From: Planctomycetota bacterium
Lineage (GTDB): Bacteria > Planctomycetota > Phycisphaerae > UBA1845
Assembly: GCA_016860685.1 (NCBI GenBank)
Contig: BOJX01000003.1
Coordinates: 3,291-67,290 of the forward strand
Direction: 5' to 3'
Length of the DNA stretch: 64,000 bases
Part shown: in pieces, positions 29,162 through 38,828 of the stretch
Position numbering within the stretch: the stretch's first letter is position 1
Layout: each line of letters opens with the position of its first letter
The notes under the pieces: model-generated
Told to the model about the DNA's origin: nothing
What the model saw: only the letters and a program-made list of their open reading frames with translations
Database searches by the model: none
Program-made: the position numbers and the translations under genes

Positions 29162-29460
29162 CCGTGCGTGCGAAGCCAAGGCTCGATGGCTTGCTCCAGG
29201 ATGTCCTGGAGCGTGTTCGGCTCGATGCCCTTCAACTGGCGCTCCAGCGATGCGCGTTTCAGCGCCGCCGCGAAGTCGGCGCGGACGCGAGTGCTGATCG
29301 GAGCGCGGTTCACCACGGCTGCGGCCGGATCGGCGGCAGTCGTCGTCGGCTGTCGGGTTCCGGCATTCGTCTTTCCTGCGTGGATGAACTCCCGGGCAAC
29401 GGCCGCATCAACTCCCGGCGTCGCTTTGAGTCCATCGGTGAGTGAGCGGCGTTCGACCAT
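29149..29460 (-). CDS. Small ParA partner (ParG/ribbon-helix-helix-like)
   Basis: Directly downstream of parA. C-terminal PISTRVRADF..ALKRASL...LQDILEQAIE. Confidence 0.65.
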   Translation of the reverse strand: MVERRSLTDGLKATPGVDAAVAREFIHAGKTNAGTRQPTTTAADPAAAVVNRAPISTRVRADFAAALKRASLERQLKGIEPNTLQDILEQAIEPWLRTHGYLS

Positions 29461-29472
29461 GTGTCCCCTTCC

Positions 29473-30150
29473 CTACGTTGATGCCGGCTGCCGTCGCATG
29501 GACGGCTTCGCGGTCTTGCGGACCGCCTCGGGGACCAGCTCGCGGAAGAGCCGGTCAACTTCGATGGCTGCCTCCCGCGCGCGTGATCCCAGTTGCCAGA
29601 CGACCGCCGCCTGGCCCGGCGCGTCGGCGTAAATCTGGCGCAGCGTCATGAACGTCGGCGTGATGGGAAGCTTCAGCAAAGCCGCGGCTTCCCGCATGTC
29701 CTGCGTGAGCCGGTAGTTTTTTCCGACCATGCTGAGCACGATCTTGGCCTTGGGCATCCCGGAGCGAATCTTCTGCGCCTGGCGCAGCACCTTCGTGGCC
29801 GCGTCAAGCGCCCGGATTTCCAGCATGGATGCCTTGCACGGAACGATCGCCGTATCCGCCACGAGCAGCAACGCCCTGCTCGTTTCGGCAAGGCTCCCCG
29901 GCCCGTCGGCCACGACGTAGTCGGTGTCCTGGGCGAGCATCGGCAGGTCGCTGATGATGTCGTCCGGGTCGCGTAGGCAAAGCGCCTTGACCTGCGGAGC
30001 GGCCTCACGAATCCACTGCGACGATGACTGTTGGGTATCGCAGTCGGCGAGCGTCACCCGGTGGCCCTGTTTGTCGAGCCAAGCGGCCAGGTGGACGGCG
30101 AGTGTCGATTTCCCGACCCCGCCCTTGGAGTTCGCCACGGCGATAATCAT
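29473..30150 (-). CDS. parA: Type Ib ParA partition ATPase
   Basis: MIIAVANSKGGVGKST deviant Walker A, DCDTQQS, VADGPG. Confidence 0.9.
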   Translation of the reverse strand: MIIAVANSKGGVGKSTLAVHLAAWLDKQGHRVTLADCDTQQSSSQWIREAAPQVKALCLRDPDDIISDLPMLAQDTDYVVADGPGSLAETSRALLLVADTAIVPCKASMLEIRALDAATKVLRQAQKIRSGMPKAKIVLSMVGKNYRLTQDMREAAALLKLPITPTFMTLRQIYADAPGQAAVVWQLGSRAREAAIEVDRLFRELVPEAVRKTAKPSMRRQPAST

Positions 30151-30393
30151 GCTTGATTGCTAGCACGATTTCATGCTGGCTGGCAAGCAGTATTTATTGA
30201 CTGCATGATGGCACGCAGTCATGCCAGCAAGTCGGATGGCTGGCAAGCAGGCATGTCAGCTTTCCATCCATCTGTCTTTCTGGCTGTCCTGCTCTCCATC
30301 ATGCTGTCCGTCATGCCTGCAATCATGACGGACAGCAAGCCTGCATGATGGCTGGCTTGCCGTCTGGCTGTCATGCTTTCATGCTGGCTTTCA
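30151..30393. repeat. Degenerate short-period repeat tract (centromere-like) upstream of parA
   Basis: Many CATGC/GCATG/GCTGGC/GCAAGC units with apparent 4/8-nt periodicity, e.g. GGCTGGCAAGCAG twice. Confidence 0.6.
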
Positions 30394-30427
30394 CGGTGAA
30401 AGACGGCCTAAGCACCGCTTAGGGGAG

Positions 30428-30623
30428 ACGTCTGCTCGCTGATCGCCAGCTGCTGGCACAACTCGGCGATCGTCTTCCCGGCCGACAGCATCCCGTCGGC
30501 TTCCCGAAGCTTCCGAATGATCTGCTCCGCACTATGCCGCTTCTTCTTCATCGAGAATCTCCCCGGCCCTTCGGGCCGCAAAGACTCTCATACCAGATGG
30601 ATCAACTTTTGGGGAGCAGGCCA
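30428..30623 (-). mobile_element. IS3-family remnant (left end plus truncated orfA)
   Basis: Terminal TGGCCTGCTCCCCAAAAGTTGATCCA. ATG at 30551 gives MKKKRHSAEQIIRKLREADGMLSAGKTIAELCQQLAISEQT, after which the similarity breaks off. Confidence 0.8.
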
Positions 30624-30786
30624 GTCGGGTTCTCGCAGGGGCCGGGACCCGACACGAACGGCCGGGCGGTCAGGTTTATTCAACCATCTGCCGGTAAGGT
30701 TCGGAGTCAGAGGGGAACTCTTCTGGGCCTTTGGATTGCAGGGGCAGGGGACGTGACAGGCGCGGCCCCGACTGGCGCGGACCGTG

Positions 30787-31017
30787 CTAGAGATCGGGTT
30801 GCTCGGCGAGAATCTGTCTGTAAACCTGCTGACGGTGTGTGGCCTCGTCGATGACAGCCTGCATCAGATCGAGATAGGCTGGGCCTTGCGGTCCGCCAAG
30901 TTCCTCGGCGTTCTGCATCGCAGCGAGCACTTCATTGAAGACCCATCGTGCGGCGGCAGGCAATGCGCGGGCACGCAACTGCGTGCAATAGGTGGTCGTT
31001 TTCTCGTGTTCGGTCAT
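30787..31017 (-). CDS. Hypothetical protein
   Basis: 76 aa immediately after the methylase, in the same operon. Confidence 0.6.
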   Translation of the reverse strand: MTEHEKTTTYCTQLRARALPAAARWVFNEVLAAMQNAEELGGPQGPAYLDLMQAVIDEATHRQQVYRQILAEQPDL

Positions 31018-31021
31018 GGGC

Positions 31022-31759
31022 TTACCTCTCGAAGATCATGCACACGTCGTGCAGGCCGGGGATGAAGGCGGATCGGTAGACCTTCCTGCCGCTGCTGGCT
31101 CCGTGGCTGAACCGGGTAATGTCCGTGCAACACTGCCGCAATCCGGCGTCGAAGGCAAGCCGTTTTGTGTGGTACACGAGCGGCACGAACCCGGCCTCGC
31201 GGTCGGAGTAGTCGCCCATCAGAATGGCAAGCCTGCCGCCGGGCACGAGCGAGCCGGCACAGTTGACGATGAGCTGGCGATAGCGATTCAGAAATGCGTC
31301 AAGGGTCGGTGTGCGCGATAGATCACGGGGATCGTCGGTGTACAGCTTCTGCCGCCAGTACGGCGGATGAAGCCAGCAAAACTCGAATGACTCTCTTGGC
31401 AGGGCTGACGGAGAACAGGCGTCAATGCCCTGATGGAGGTCGCTTGACCAGCAGGACACGCCCAGTTCTTGGCACACGTCGAAGCATGTGCCGCTGCCAG
31501 TCATCGGGTCCGCCGCGATGCTGACTGAAAAGTAACGGAGCAGGTCGCGGATCAGGTTTCCGCCGCAGTTGCCTGGGTAGTCGCGCCGGCCGTATTCGCC
31601 GGCCTCGGAGTTGTGGTAGAGGCTGGTCAGGTGAGGGACCGGGCTGGCGTTGACCGGAATGCGCGGGAGTTTCGCGTATCGGCTCGGTGCTGGTGCGCGG
31701 GTACTCGGCTCGACCCGTGACGAGTAGAAGGGATTGACGGATGTGCCGGAGCGATTCAT
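31022..31759 (-). CDS. Orphan DNA methyltransferase (N4/N6 type)
   Basis: YPGNC, SAM motif DPMTGSGT, catalytic LHPPYW, LVPGGRLAILMGD. Confidence 0.8.
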   Translation of the reverse strand: MNRSGTSVNPFYSSRVEPSTRAPAPSRYAKLPRIPVNASPVPHLTSLYHNSEAGEYGRRDYPGNCGGNLIRDLLRYFSVSIAADPMTGSGTCFDVCQELGVSCWSSDLHQGIDACSPSALPRESFEFCWLHPPYWRQKLYTDDPRDLSRTPTLDAFLNRYRQLIVNCAGSLVPGGRLAILMGDYSDREAGFVPLVYHTKRLAFDAGLRQCCTDITRFSHGASSGRKVYRSAFIPGLHDVCMIFER

Positions 31760-32019
31760 ACGGTCGCCTCCTCTTCCGTGGTATCAGCATGGGGAAAGAG
31801 GTCGTCGGCCACTGTCTCGATGAGGAGCCAAGTGAAGCCGACTTCGCAGTGGTGGACACGAATGCAGCGTTGCAGCACGTCCCAGGATTGGTTGTCGCTA
31901 AGGTCGGGGCGGACCGCCTGAACGTCTTCGATGCTCCACAAGACGGCCACTTGTCGCCGGGAGGTGACCAGTTCATGAATGTTGATGTCGTCAAGTGAAT
32001 ACGAGGGGTCTGTGGTCAT
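31756..32019 (-). CDS. Hypothetical protein
   Basis: 87 aa, AAGGA RBS, WSIEDV..VRPDLSD.Q.W.VL motif, ATGA coupling to the methylase. Confidence 0.65.
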   Translation of the reverse strand: MTTDPSYSLDDINIHELVTSRRQVAVLWSIEDVQAVRPDLSDNQSWDVLQRCIRVHHCEVGFTWLLIETVADDLFPHADTTEEEATV

Positions 32020-32077
32020 GATCGGAGTCCTTTCCAGAGAAAGGGCGGGCCTTTTTCGGCCCGCCCGGTTGGTTGAA

Positions 32078-32281
32078 TCAGTCTTTCTTCTCGCTCGCGA
32101 CGCGGAGCGTGATGCGGCCGTCAAGCGGCACGACTTCAAGCTGGATGTTGAAGCCCTTGCCGTCGGCGTGCGGCCATGCGCTGCCGATGCGGGTCCAGAA
32201 GCTCTTCTTGCCTTCGCGGTCGCGTACTTGGTAGGCGACGTGCGTGGGAGCCTTGGAAGCGGTGTTGTTCGTGTCGGTCAT
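32078..32281 (-). CDS. Conserved small plasmid leading-region protein
   Basis: KSFWTRIGSAWPHADGKGFNIQL..VPLDGRITLR, AAGGAG RBS, followed by a GC hairpin at 32043-32066. Confidence 0.8.
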   Translation of the reverse strand: MTDTNNTASKAPTHVAYQVRDREGKKSFWTRIGSAWPHADGKGFNIQLEVVPLDGRITLRVASEKKD

Positions 32282-32763
32282 GGTGAAGTCTCCTTTTCTT
32301 GTTTCCGGCCGCGCCCATCGCGGCCTGATGGCACGCGGAAACCAGCCGCCTCAGCCGGAGCGACCTTCGGGAGCGCACGGGTCACAGCGGAAAACGGGAG
32401 GGACCCGGTCTGCAACGCAGTGAAGATTGGGAGGAACCGGTTTTCTGCTTGACCTGGACGGCGGCGGCTGTAGCGATGCCGTCGATCAGGCCGTGTGGTG
32501 CGCAGGAAACGACAAGAGAAGGGGGGACAAGCCTGCCGCACGAGCCGCGACCGGGCGACCGCCCGCGCCGACGGTGCGCAGCGATAGCCGTGCTTCTGGC
32601 TCGCATCTGCACTGGCCTTACGTGCAAGGGCTGGCGTTCATCGGTTCTCGTGCCCGAGGGATGCGACTGAAGCGAGCGGGAGTGATTACTGATTCATGGG
32701 CGGGGCGACGGCCAAGCACCGGAATAGCAAGCGGGATCAATAGGATATCATAAACCGCGCCGA

Positions 32764-32781
32764 CTGTCACACAAATGGCAC
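32764..32781 (+). promoter_or_regulatory. Pho-box-like tandem half-sites
   Basis: CTGTCAC-ACAA-ATGGCAC. No clear -10 at 10 nt. Confidence 0.45.
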
Positions 32782-33209
32782 GCACAAGTACGTCGGCCCG
32801 TGTTGAACGCATGTGATCGACAACGGATGGGGGAAAGATGGATAGAGGTGACTGGCCCTGCCGACACATGGCGCGTTCCGGCGCTCATGACATCACTGCC
32901 GGAACGAGTCGCGCCGGCCTCACAAGCGGCACGCGATAGCGGGCCTGCCGTGGCGACGCCGCAGGAAACTCCGCTGGGGGAGTGGCTGCCCCCGGAATGC
33001 CGGGCGGATGCTCGCGCGCAGGAGGTGCTCGCAGAGCTGGTTCGGCGTAGTGCGGCGCGTGCCGCCAGCGTGCGCGAAGCCGCAAAGGGCCTCGGTGGGC
33101 CAGGGCGGTGACATGTGTCATGAGGAGTGTTTTGGTACACCTTGAAATGGAATGTCCGCCCGTCGGAGATACGCCTATTGTGATGATGGCACAATCAGGG
33201 CGTTACGGC

Positions 33210-33665
33210 TCAGGCAAGAGTCAACAGGACAAACAATAGCGCAAGAACCGCCGCGTAGGTAAGGCTGGGAGCACAGGCGGCGCGGCGGCGCGCAAAGCAG
33301 GCCGCGGCTACGCCAAGGCCGACGGCGGCAGACAGCAAGGGGATGAGGTGCGGCGCGCGGAGTGGGATGCTCGGGTGAATCGGCCAAGCACCCACGATAC
33401 ACAGTGTTCCCGCGAAGGCCGTGAGCGCACCAACGGCGTAACAGCGCTTGGTCAAGGTGACCGCGGCGACACACAGCGCCAGCAGGCCAACGCGGCGGGC
33501 CACCTCAGGCGCGACATGAAGTTGGAGCTGAACAAACAGGATCGTGGACGCGGCGAAGAGGGCTACAAGCCCGCACGCCAGGACGATCCGGCGCTCGACG
33601 GGCGCCGTCTCCAATGGCTCACTGGGAGGCAGGTCAGGACGGGGGTTGCCTGGTCGGGTGTTCAT
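33210..33665 (-). CDS. Hypothetical membrane protein
   Basis: 151 aa with several hydrophobic segments, preceded by an 11-bp-period box at 33710-33727. Confidence 0.5.
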   Translation of the reverse strand: MNTRPGNPRPDLPPSEPLETAPVERRIVLACGLVALFAASTILFVQLQLHVAPEVARRVGLLALCVAAVTLTKRCYAVGALTAFAGTLCIVGAWPIHPSIPLRAPHLIPLLSAAVGLGVAAACFARRRAACAPSLTYAAVLALLFVLLTLA

Positions 33666-33751
33666 CTCGGGGCTCGCTCGGTGGTGCGAACGATGTGTAG
33701 CACGTCATGGTAAATAAATGGTAAACGGTGATGCAGGTAAGTCGCCGAGAC

Positions 33752-33769
33752 CTGTCACATAATTGTCAC
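33752..33769 (+). promoter_or_regulatory. Pho-box-like tandem half-sites upstream of the ankyrin gene
   Basis: CTGTCAC-ATAA-TTGTCAC, close to the E. coli pho box consensus. Confidence 0.65.
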
Positions 33770-33817
33770 ACACTGGCCCGTTGAAGTGTGCTACCGGTGG
33801 AGGTGCATGGGAGGGTT

Positions 33818-34442
33818 GATGGGGACACGGGACGGGTCAGACGACGACGTCGAGGGAAGCGGGGCATCGAGCGGCGCGCTTCCGAAAGGCGGCGCGCACG
33901 AGAACAAGAGTCGCACGCGGGAAAAGCGCCGCAGGGCGTGGATGAAGAGCGATCGACGGACCGCACTTCACCAGGCCGTGTATGGCGACTCTGCGGAGGT
34001 GCGAGCATTGATCAGCGGCGGGGCAAACGTGAACGCGAGGGACATCGATGGAGACACCCCGCTGCACAGCGCGGCGCATTCGGGCAACCGTTCGGCAATC
34101 GAAATCCTCATTCACGCCGGAGCCAACGTCAACGCGGCCGATCGGAACAGGAACACTCCGCTGCACTACGCGGCGAGCGGAGATGCAGAGGTGATTCGGA
34201 CGCTGCTGAAACTCGGGGCCAAGCCGGACGTACAGAACGTCAACGGCATCACGCCGCTTCATTGGGCGGCATTCTCTGGCAACGTGAAGGGTGTAAAGGC
34301 ACTGCTCGCCGCAGGGGCAACGTGCGACAAGAGAGACGTGCGGCAGCGGACGCCGGAAGCCGTCGCTCGGGAGTGCGGCCATGCGGCGATTGGCGAGATT
34401 CTCCGCGCGGCCGCGAAGGGTCGTGGTGACCAGGGCCCCTGA
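33818..34442 (+). CDS. Ankyrin-repeat protein
   Basis: TALHQAV, GDTPLHSAA, NTPLHYAA, GITPLHWAA and GANVNA repeats. Start uncertain. Confidence 0.9.
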
Positions 34443-34514
34443 CGTGTCCTGGGCGGTCGGCCGCTGGGACTGGCGCGGTGAAAGCCCGTGAAAGAAACAC
34501 GCCCCGCGTGCGTT

Positions 34515-34548
34515 CGGTAACGATTTCTCAACCATTGCGGTGTAGAGT
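34515..34548 (+). promoter_or_regulatory. Tandem-half-site promoter of the relaxase (predicted leaderless)
   Basis: CGGTAAC-GATT-TCTCAAC, 10 nt, TAGAGT, 6 nt, ATG (34555). Confidence 0.55.
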
Positions 34549-34554
34549 CGAGTG

Positions 34555-37194
34555 ATGCTCCGCATCACTCAGAACAGCACGGCTGAAAGAGCCAAGAGTT
34601 ACTATTCCACCGCCGATTACTACACGGAGGGACAGGAGCTTGTCGGCCTCTGGCGCGGCAAGGGTGCGGAGCGCCTGGGCCTTTCGGGAAGCGTGGAGCG
34701 CCAACAGTGGGACGCGCTCTGCGACAACCGCAACCCGGCGACGGGCGGCGTGCTGACGCCGCGGCAGAAGCGGGACCGTCGCGTCGGCTACGACTTCAAC
34801 TTCCACGTTCCCAAAAGCGTGTCGGTGCTCTACGGCCTCACGCGGGACGATCGCATTCTGCAAGCGTTCCGCGATTCGGTGGACGTGACGATGGAGGACA
34901 TCGAAGCGGACATGCAGACGCGCGTACGGGCCAAGGGCAAGAACACCGACCGCACGACCGGCAACATGACCTGGGGCGAGTTCGTGCACTTCACGGCCCG
35001 GCCGGTGGACGGTATCCCGGACCCTCACCTTCACGCCCACTGCTTCTGTTTCAACCAGACCTGGGACGCGGAAGAGTCTCGCTGGAAGGCGGGTCAGTTC
35101 GCGGGGATCAAGCGCGACGGCGAGTTCTTCGAGGCCGTGTTCCATTCCCGCCTGGCACGGCGGCTCGAGGAACTCGGGCTGCCAGTGGAACGAACGAGGC
35201 GCGGCTGGGAGATTCGCGGCGTGCCGCAGTCGGCGGTCAAGAAGTTTTCGCGGCGGACGGCGCTCATCGAAGAGAAGGCAAGAGAGAAGGGCATCACGAA
35301 TCCCGATGCCAAGGGTGAACTCGGCGCGAAGACGCGCGAGCGGAAGGTCAAGGACCTGTCGATGGATGAACTCCGCGAACAGTGGGCCTCGCGGCTCTCG
35401 CCGGAGGAACTCGCGGCGCTCACCGCCGTCCGGGGCCGGCTCGGCGGCGACGGCATCCCGGAGGACGGCCGGCTGGTCGCGGAGTCGGTGCTGCACGCGG
35501 TCGGACATTGCTTCGAGCGCAGCTCGGTGGTGCCGGAGCGCAAGGTCCTGGCGGAAGCGCTCAAGCGTTCCCTCGGTTCTGCATCGCCGGATGTTGTGCG
35601 TCGGGCGGTGGACGCGCAGGGCCTTGTCGTCGGCGAGCGGAACGGACGGCGCATGGCGACGACGCGCGAGGTACTCGCTGAAGAGCGGAAGATGATCGAC
35701 TTCGCGCGTAAGGGAAGGGGAGCGTGCCGCACGCTCGGTTCTGCAAACCGCGCGTTCACGCGCGACTGGTTGAACGCCGGCCAGAAGCAAGCCGTGCGGC
35801 ACCTGCTCGAATCACGCGACCGCGTGATGCTGGTCCGCGGCGCCGCGGGTACCGGCAAGACGACGATGATGAAGGAAGCCGTCGAAGCGATCGAAACTGC
35901 CGGGACGCCGGTCCACACCTTCGCGCCGTCGGCGGATGCCAGCCGCGGCGTGCTGCGGGAAGAGGGATTCGGCGATGCCGACACGGTGGCCCGGCTGCTT
36001 ACCGATCAGTCCTTGCAGGCACAGGTGGCCGCGGGCGTGGTCTGGATTGACGAGGCAGGCTTGCTCGGCACGCGGATGATGGGTCAGGTTTTCGACCTGG
36101 CCGACCGGCTTGATTGCCGGGTGGTCCTCTCCGGCGATCGCCGTCAGCACGGCAGTGTCGAGCGCGGGGCGGCGCTGCGGCTGCTGGAGGAAGAGGCAGG
36201 TCTCAAGCCCGCGGATATCCGCGACATTCAGCGCCAGAAAGGCGACTACATGTCGGCGGTGCGGGCGCTCTCCGACGGCCGCATTGACGATGGCTTCCGC
36301 CAGCTCGACAAGCTCGGGTGGATTCGCGAAGTAAACGAGACGGAGCGCTACAAGTCGCTGGCGGAGGACTACGTCGCCACAATCGCCGACGAGAAGACTG
36401 CGCTCGTGGTGTCGCCCACGCACCTGGAGGGGGAATGGATCACCGATGAAATCCGCGCACGTCTGAAGCAGGCCGGCCGGCTCCAGGGCGGCGAGCATCG
36501 GCTGCTCACGCTGGAGAACGCGAACCTCACGGAGGCAGATCGCGCGGAGGCGGCGAGCTACGAACCGGGCGACGTGCTGGTGTTCCACCAGAACGCGACG
36601 GGATTTCGCAAGGGCGAGCGCGTCGTCGTCGGCGACGATCCACTGCCGCTCGACCATGCGGACAGGTTCCAGGTATTCCGCCAAGGCGTTCTGCCGGTCG
36701 CTGCCGGCGACATCCTGCGTATCACGCGCAATGGCATGACGGCCGACGGTGAGCACCGGCTCAACAACGGTGCGCTTTACACGGTCAAGGGATTCACGAA
36801 GGCCGGCGATATCCGGCTCACGAACGGATGGACGATCTCGAAGGACTATGGGCACCTGGCCTATGGGTACGTCGTGACAAGCCACGGCTCACAAGGAAAG
36901 ACGGTCGATCGCGTGTTCATCGGCCAGTCGTCGGAGTCCCTGCCGGCGTCGTCGCGCGAACAGTTCTACGTCTCGGTGTCGCGCGGGCGCGAGCGGGCGA
37001 CGGTGTACACGGACGACAAGGAAGCCTTGCTCGAAGCCGTGAGTCGTTCGGACGAACGGCTGACGGCGACGGAATTCATCGAAGGCCGCGAGATTCGCGA
37101 CCGCGCCGCTGCGCTGCACCGCATGGAGGGACTGGCCGGCCGCGACAATGTGCCGGCGCACCCGGAACGGGAAGGAGTGAACCATGACAGATAA
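34555..37194 (+). CDS. trwC: MOBF relaxase-helicase (TrwC/TraI family)
   Basis: N-terminal YY..ADYY, YDFNFHVPKSVS, HUH motif DPHLHAH, FSRRT, helicase GAAGTGKT, WIDEAG, YVVTSHGSQGKTVD, FYVSVSRGR. Confidence 0.93.
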   Translation: MLRITQNSTAERAKSYYSTADYYTEGQELVGLWRGKGAERLGLSGSVERQQWDALCDNRNPATGGVLTPRQKRDRRVGYDFNFHVPKSVSVLYGLTRDDRILQAFRDSVDVTMEDIEADMQTRVRAKGKNTDRTTGNMTWGEFVHFTARPVDGIPDPHLHAHCFCFNQTWDAEESRWKAGQFAGIKRDGEFFEAVFHSRLARRLEELGLPVERTRRGWEIRGVPQSAVKKFSRRTALIEEKAREKGITNPDAKGELGAKTRERKVKDLSMDELREQWASRLSPEELAALTAVRGRLGGDGIPEDGRLVAESVLHAVGHCFERSSVVPERKVLAEALKRSLGSASPDVVRRAVDAQGLVVGERNGRRMATTREVLAEERKMIDFARKGRGACRTLGSANRAFTRDWLNAGQKQAVRHLLESRDRVMLVRGAAGTGKTTMMKEAVEAIETAGTPVHTFAPSADASRGVLREEGFGDADTVARLLTDQSLQAQVAAGVVWIDEAGLLGTRMMGQVFDLADRLDCRVVLSGDRRQHGSVERGAALRLLEEEAGLKPADIRDIQRQKGDYMSAVRALSDGRIDDGFRQLDKLGWIREVNETERYKSLAEDYVATIADEKTALVVSPTHLEGEWITDEIRARLKQAGRLQGGEHRLLTLENANLTEADRAEAASYEPGDVLVFHQNATGFRKGERVVVGDDPLPLDHADRFQVFRQGVLPVAAGDILRITRNGMTADGEHRLNNGALYTVKGFTKAGDIRLTNGWTISKDYGHLAYGYVVTSHGSQGKTVDRVFIGQSSESLPASSREQFYVSVSRGRERATVYTDDKEALLEAVSRSDERLTATEFIEGREIRDRAAALHRMEGLAGRDNVPAHPEREGVNHDR

Positions 37195-37600
37195 GTCGAT
37201 TCTCCAGCGCTACGCGATGCGAAACGGTGACGCGGCAAACGGCAACGCCACGCCAGCCGACGTGGAGGGTACCGATGACCTGGGCGCATTCGGGTGGCTC
37301 CGCGGGATTCGGGACCGGGCCGTGAGCCTGGAGCTGCGGAAGAAGGACGGCAACATCCTGGCCGTGAGCTACGGCTACATGGACAAGGCGGAGTTCGACC
37401 CGTCCGAAGGCATCACGGTGTCGGTCGGCGGACAGAAGATCCGCATCAAGGGCCGCAATCTCAACGCACCCGTCAGGCCGACCGTTCGGTTATTCGAGGG
37501 CATCACGCGGCATCGCGTACCCTGGATTCGCGAGGCGGCTCACGTTGAAAGCATGCACGCCGATGACAACGTGACGATCATCGACAGCCTCGACTGGTAG
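37184..37600 (+). CDS. Hypothetical protein coupled to the relaxase
   Basis: 138 aa overlapping the relaxase stop, GAAGGAG RBS. Confidence 0.75.
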   Translation: MTDKSILQRYAMRNGDAANGNATPADVEGTDDLGAFGWLRGIRDRAVSLELRKKDGNILAVSYGYMDKAEFDPSEGITVSVGGQKIRIKGRNLNAPVRPTVRLFEGITRHRVPWIREAAHVESMHADDNVTIIDSLDW

Positions 37601-37603
37601 CGG

Positions 37604-37637
37604 CGTTAACGGTTCGGTAACCGGTTTCGGTTAAACT
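37604..37637 (+). promoter_or_regulatory. Tandem-half-site promoter of pilin-like gene 1
   Basis: CGTTAAC-GGTT-CGGTAAC, 10 nt, TAAACT. Confidence 0.6.
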
Positions 37638-37665
37638 GATGCCTGATCGTCGGCATGAGAGGAAG

Positions 37666-38457
37666 ATGCAGCAGCGCATAGTACACGAAGGCCGAAGTGC
37701 TTCGACGGGTATGACGATCATGGAACTGACCGTCGGACTTGTCGTGATCGGCCTGCTCGCAGGGATGATCCTGGTGGGGCGCGAACTACTGGAGTCCGCG
37801 ACCATGCATCGCGCTGTATCGCAAGTTGGCCGGGTTCAAACCGGCATCAGCCTGTTCCGGGCAAAGTACAGCGCGTTCCCTGGAGACTTCGCCAAAGCGA
37901 GCCAGTATTGGCCCGGACAAGGCATAATCGATGGCGACGGTGATGAACGGATCGGCGGCGGGTACCTGAGCGACGTGAGCGCGGTGGCCGATGGATCGCT
38001 GGAGTGTTACAACGCATGGAACCACTTGGCGGCGACAGGTGTGCTGGAGTGGCACGCGGAACCCGTGAGTGCCCCTCCGACCGCGGCGCAGACCGTGGCG
38101 ATGCCGGGCGTGCTGGATCGCTCCTATCTTGGCCTGCATCATGACGGAGCGACCTACGGGTACGGCGTTGAGAGCAATTACATCACGCTGACCCGGCTGG
38201 CGCTGGGAACCACGCGTGAATCATTTCGTGGTATCGTGTATGGGATGCTGACGCTCCCGGGGGTCAGTGACGTCGGCCTTCGGCCGGCGGTGGCCGCCCG
38301 GTTTGATGCCAAGGCGGACGACGGACAGCCGCTCACCGGGGCGGTAACGGCCGCATATCCGGGTGGCGCCTGCTCTGACGCGAGCGCGAACACCTATCTG
38401 TATGCCCAGACTCGAAATAGCTGCGGATTGTGGATCGCGTTCTCAGCCGCACAGTGA
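37666..38457 (+). CDS. Prepilin-type N-terminal cleavage/methylation protein 1
   Basis: G|MTIMELTVGLVVIGLLAG, FRAKYSAFPGD, DGDGD, DAKADDGQPLTG, C-terminal Cys pair. Confidence 0.85.
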   Translation: MQQRIVHEGRSASTGMTIMELTVGLVVIGLLAGMILVGRELLESATMHRAVSQVGRVQTGISLFRAKYSAFPGDFAKASQYWPGQGIIDGDGDERIGGGYLSDVSAVADGSLECYNAWNHLAATGVLEWHAEPVSAPPTAAQTVAMPGVLDRSYLGLHHDGATYGYGVESNYITLTRLALGTTRESFRGIVYGMLTLPGVSDVGLRPAVAARFDAKADDGQPLTGAVTAAYPGGACSDASANTYLYAQTRNSCGLWIAFSAAQ

Positions 38458-38638
38458 CGGGCCGTGGCCATCTGGCTGATGCTCAACCTCGTAGAGCCCA
38501 TGCTGGTCCGCCTTGCGCACCTCGCTAACCGGATCAGGGGGTGGCCGGGTGTGGCCGCGGTCTGCTGACAGCGCGGGCGGCAATCGCGAGCGTTGCCGCG
38601 AGACCGAAACGCCCGAGTCTTGGAATCCATGTACGCAT
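38443..38638 (-). pseudogene. Possible frameshifted small secreted protein
   Basis: MRTWIPRLGRFGLAATLAIA (signal-like) joins PALSADRGHTRPPPDPVSEVRK... after a 1-nt shift, downstream of a four-half-site box. Confidence 0.35.
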
Positions 38639-38713
38639 AAAGGTCGTTCCCAGTTCGAGCGGCAGCAGGGCACGGTCTGTCGCCTTTCTTACACGTCACT
38701 ACGTTCCTTCACT

Positions 38714-38753
38714 GTGACAGTTTGATGACGGTTCGATGAACAGTCCGTGACAA
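38714..38753 (-). promoter_or_regulatory. Four Pho-box-like half-sites with 11-bp period
   Basis: Minus strand: TTGTCAC-GGAC-TGTTCAT-CGAA-CCGTCAT-CAAA-CTGTCAC. Confidence 0.65.
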
Positions 38754-38828
38754 TCGGCGGCGGCGGGCCACCTGGAAACCATTTGTTAACCACGGCAGCC
38801 ATAGACTGAAGGGAAAGGACACCGGACA

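Noticed and set aside
30151-30393. Repeat tract considered as a CRISPR array or coding ORF (30157-30348)
   Set aside because: No constant repeat-spacer structure and no cas genes. The ORF merely translates the repeats.
32800-33111. Plus-strand ~95-103 aa ORF after the 32764 box
   Set aside because: Plausible, but low-complexity with no clear start or motif, so there is not enough support to call a gene.
33108-33125. GTGACATGTGTCATGA as another Pho-like box
   Set aside because: Half-site spacing is off by one and there is no properly placed -10.
34443-34551. Possible oriT/nic site upstream of the relaxase (GTGAAAG repeat, GCGGGGCGTGT on the minus strand, TGCGGTGTAG)
   Set aside because: Only loose similarity to MOBF nic sites and no convincing adjacent hairpin. 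Part of it is better explained as the promoter, so it was not called.
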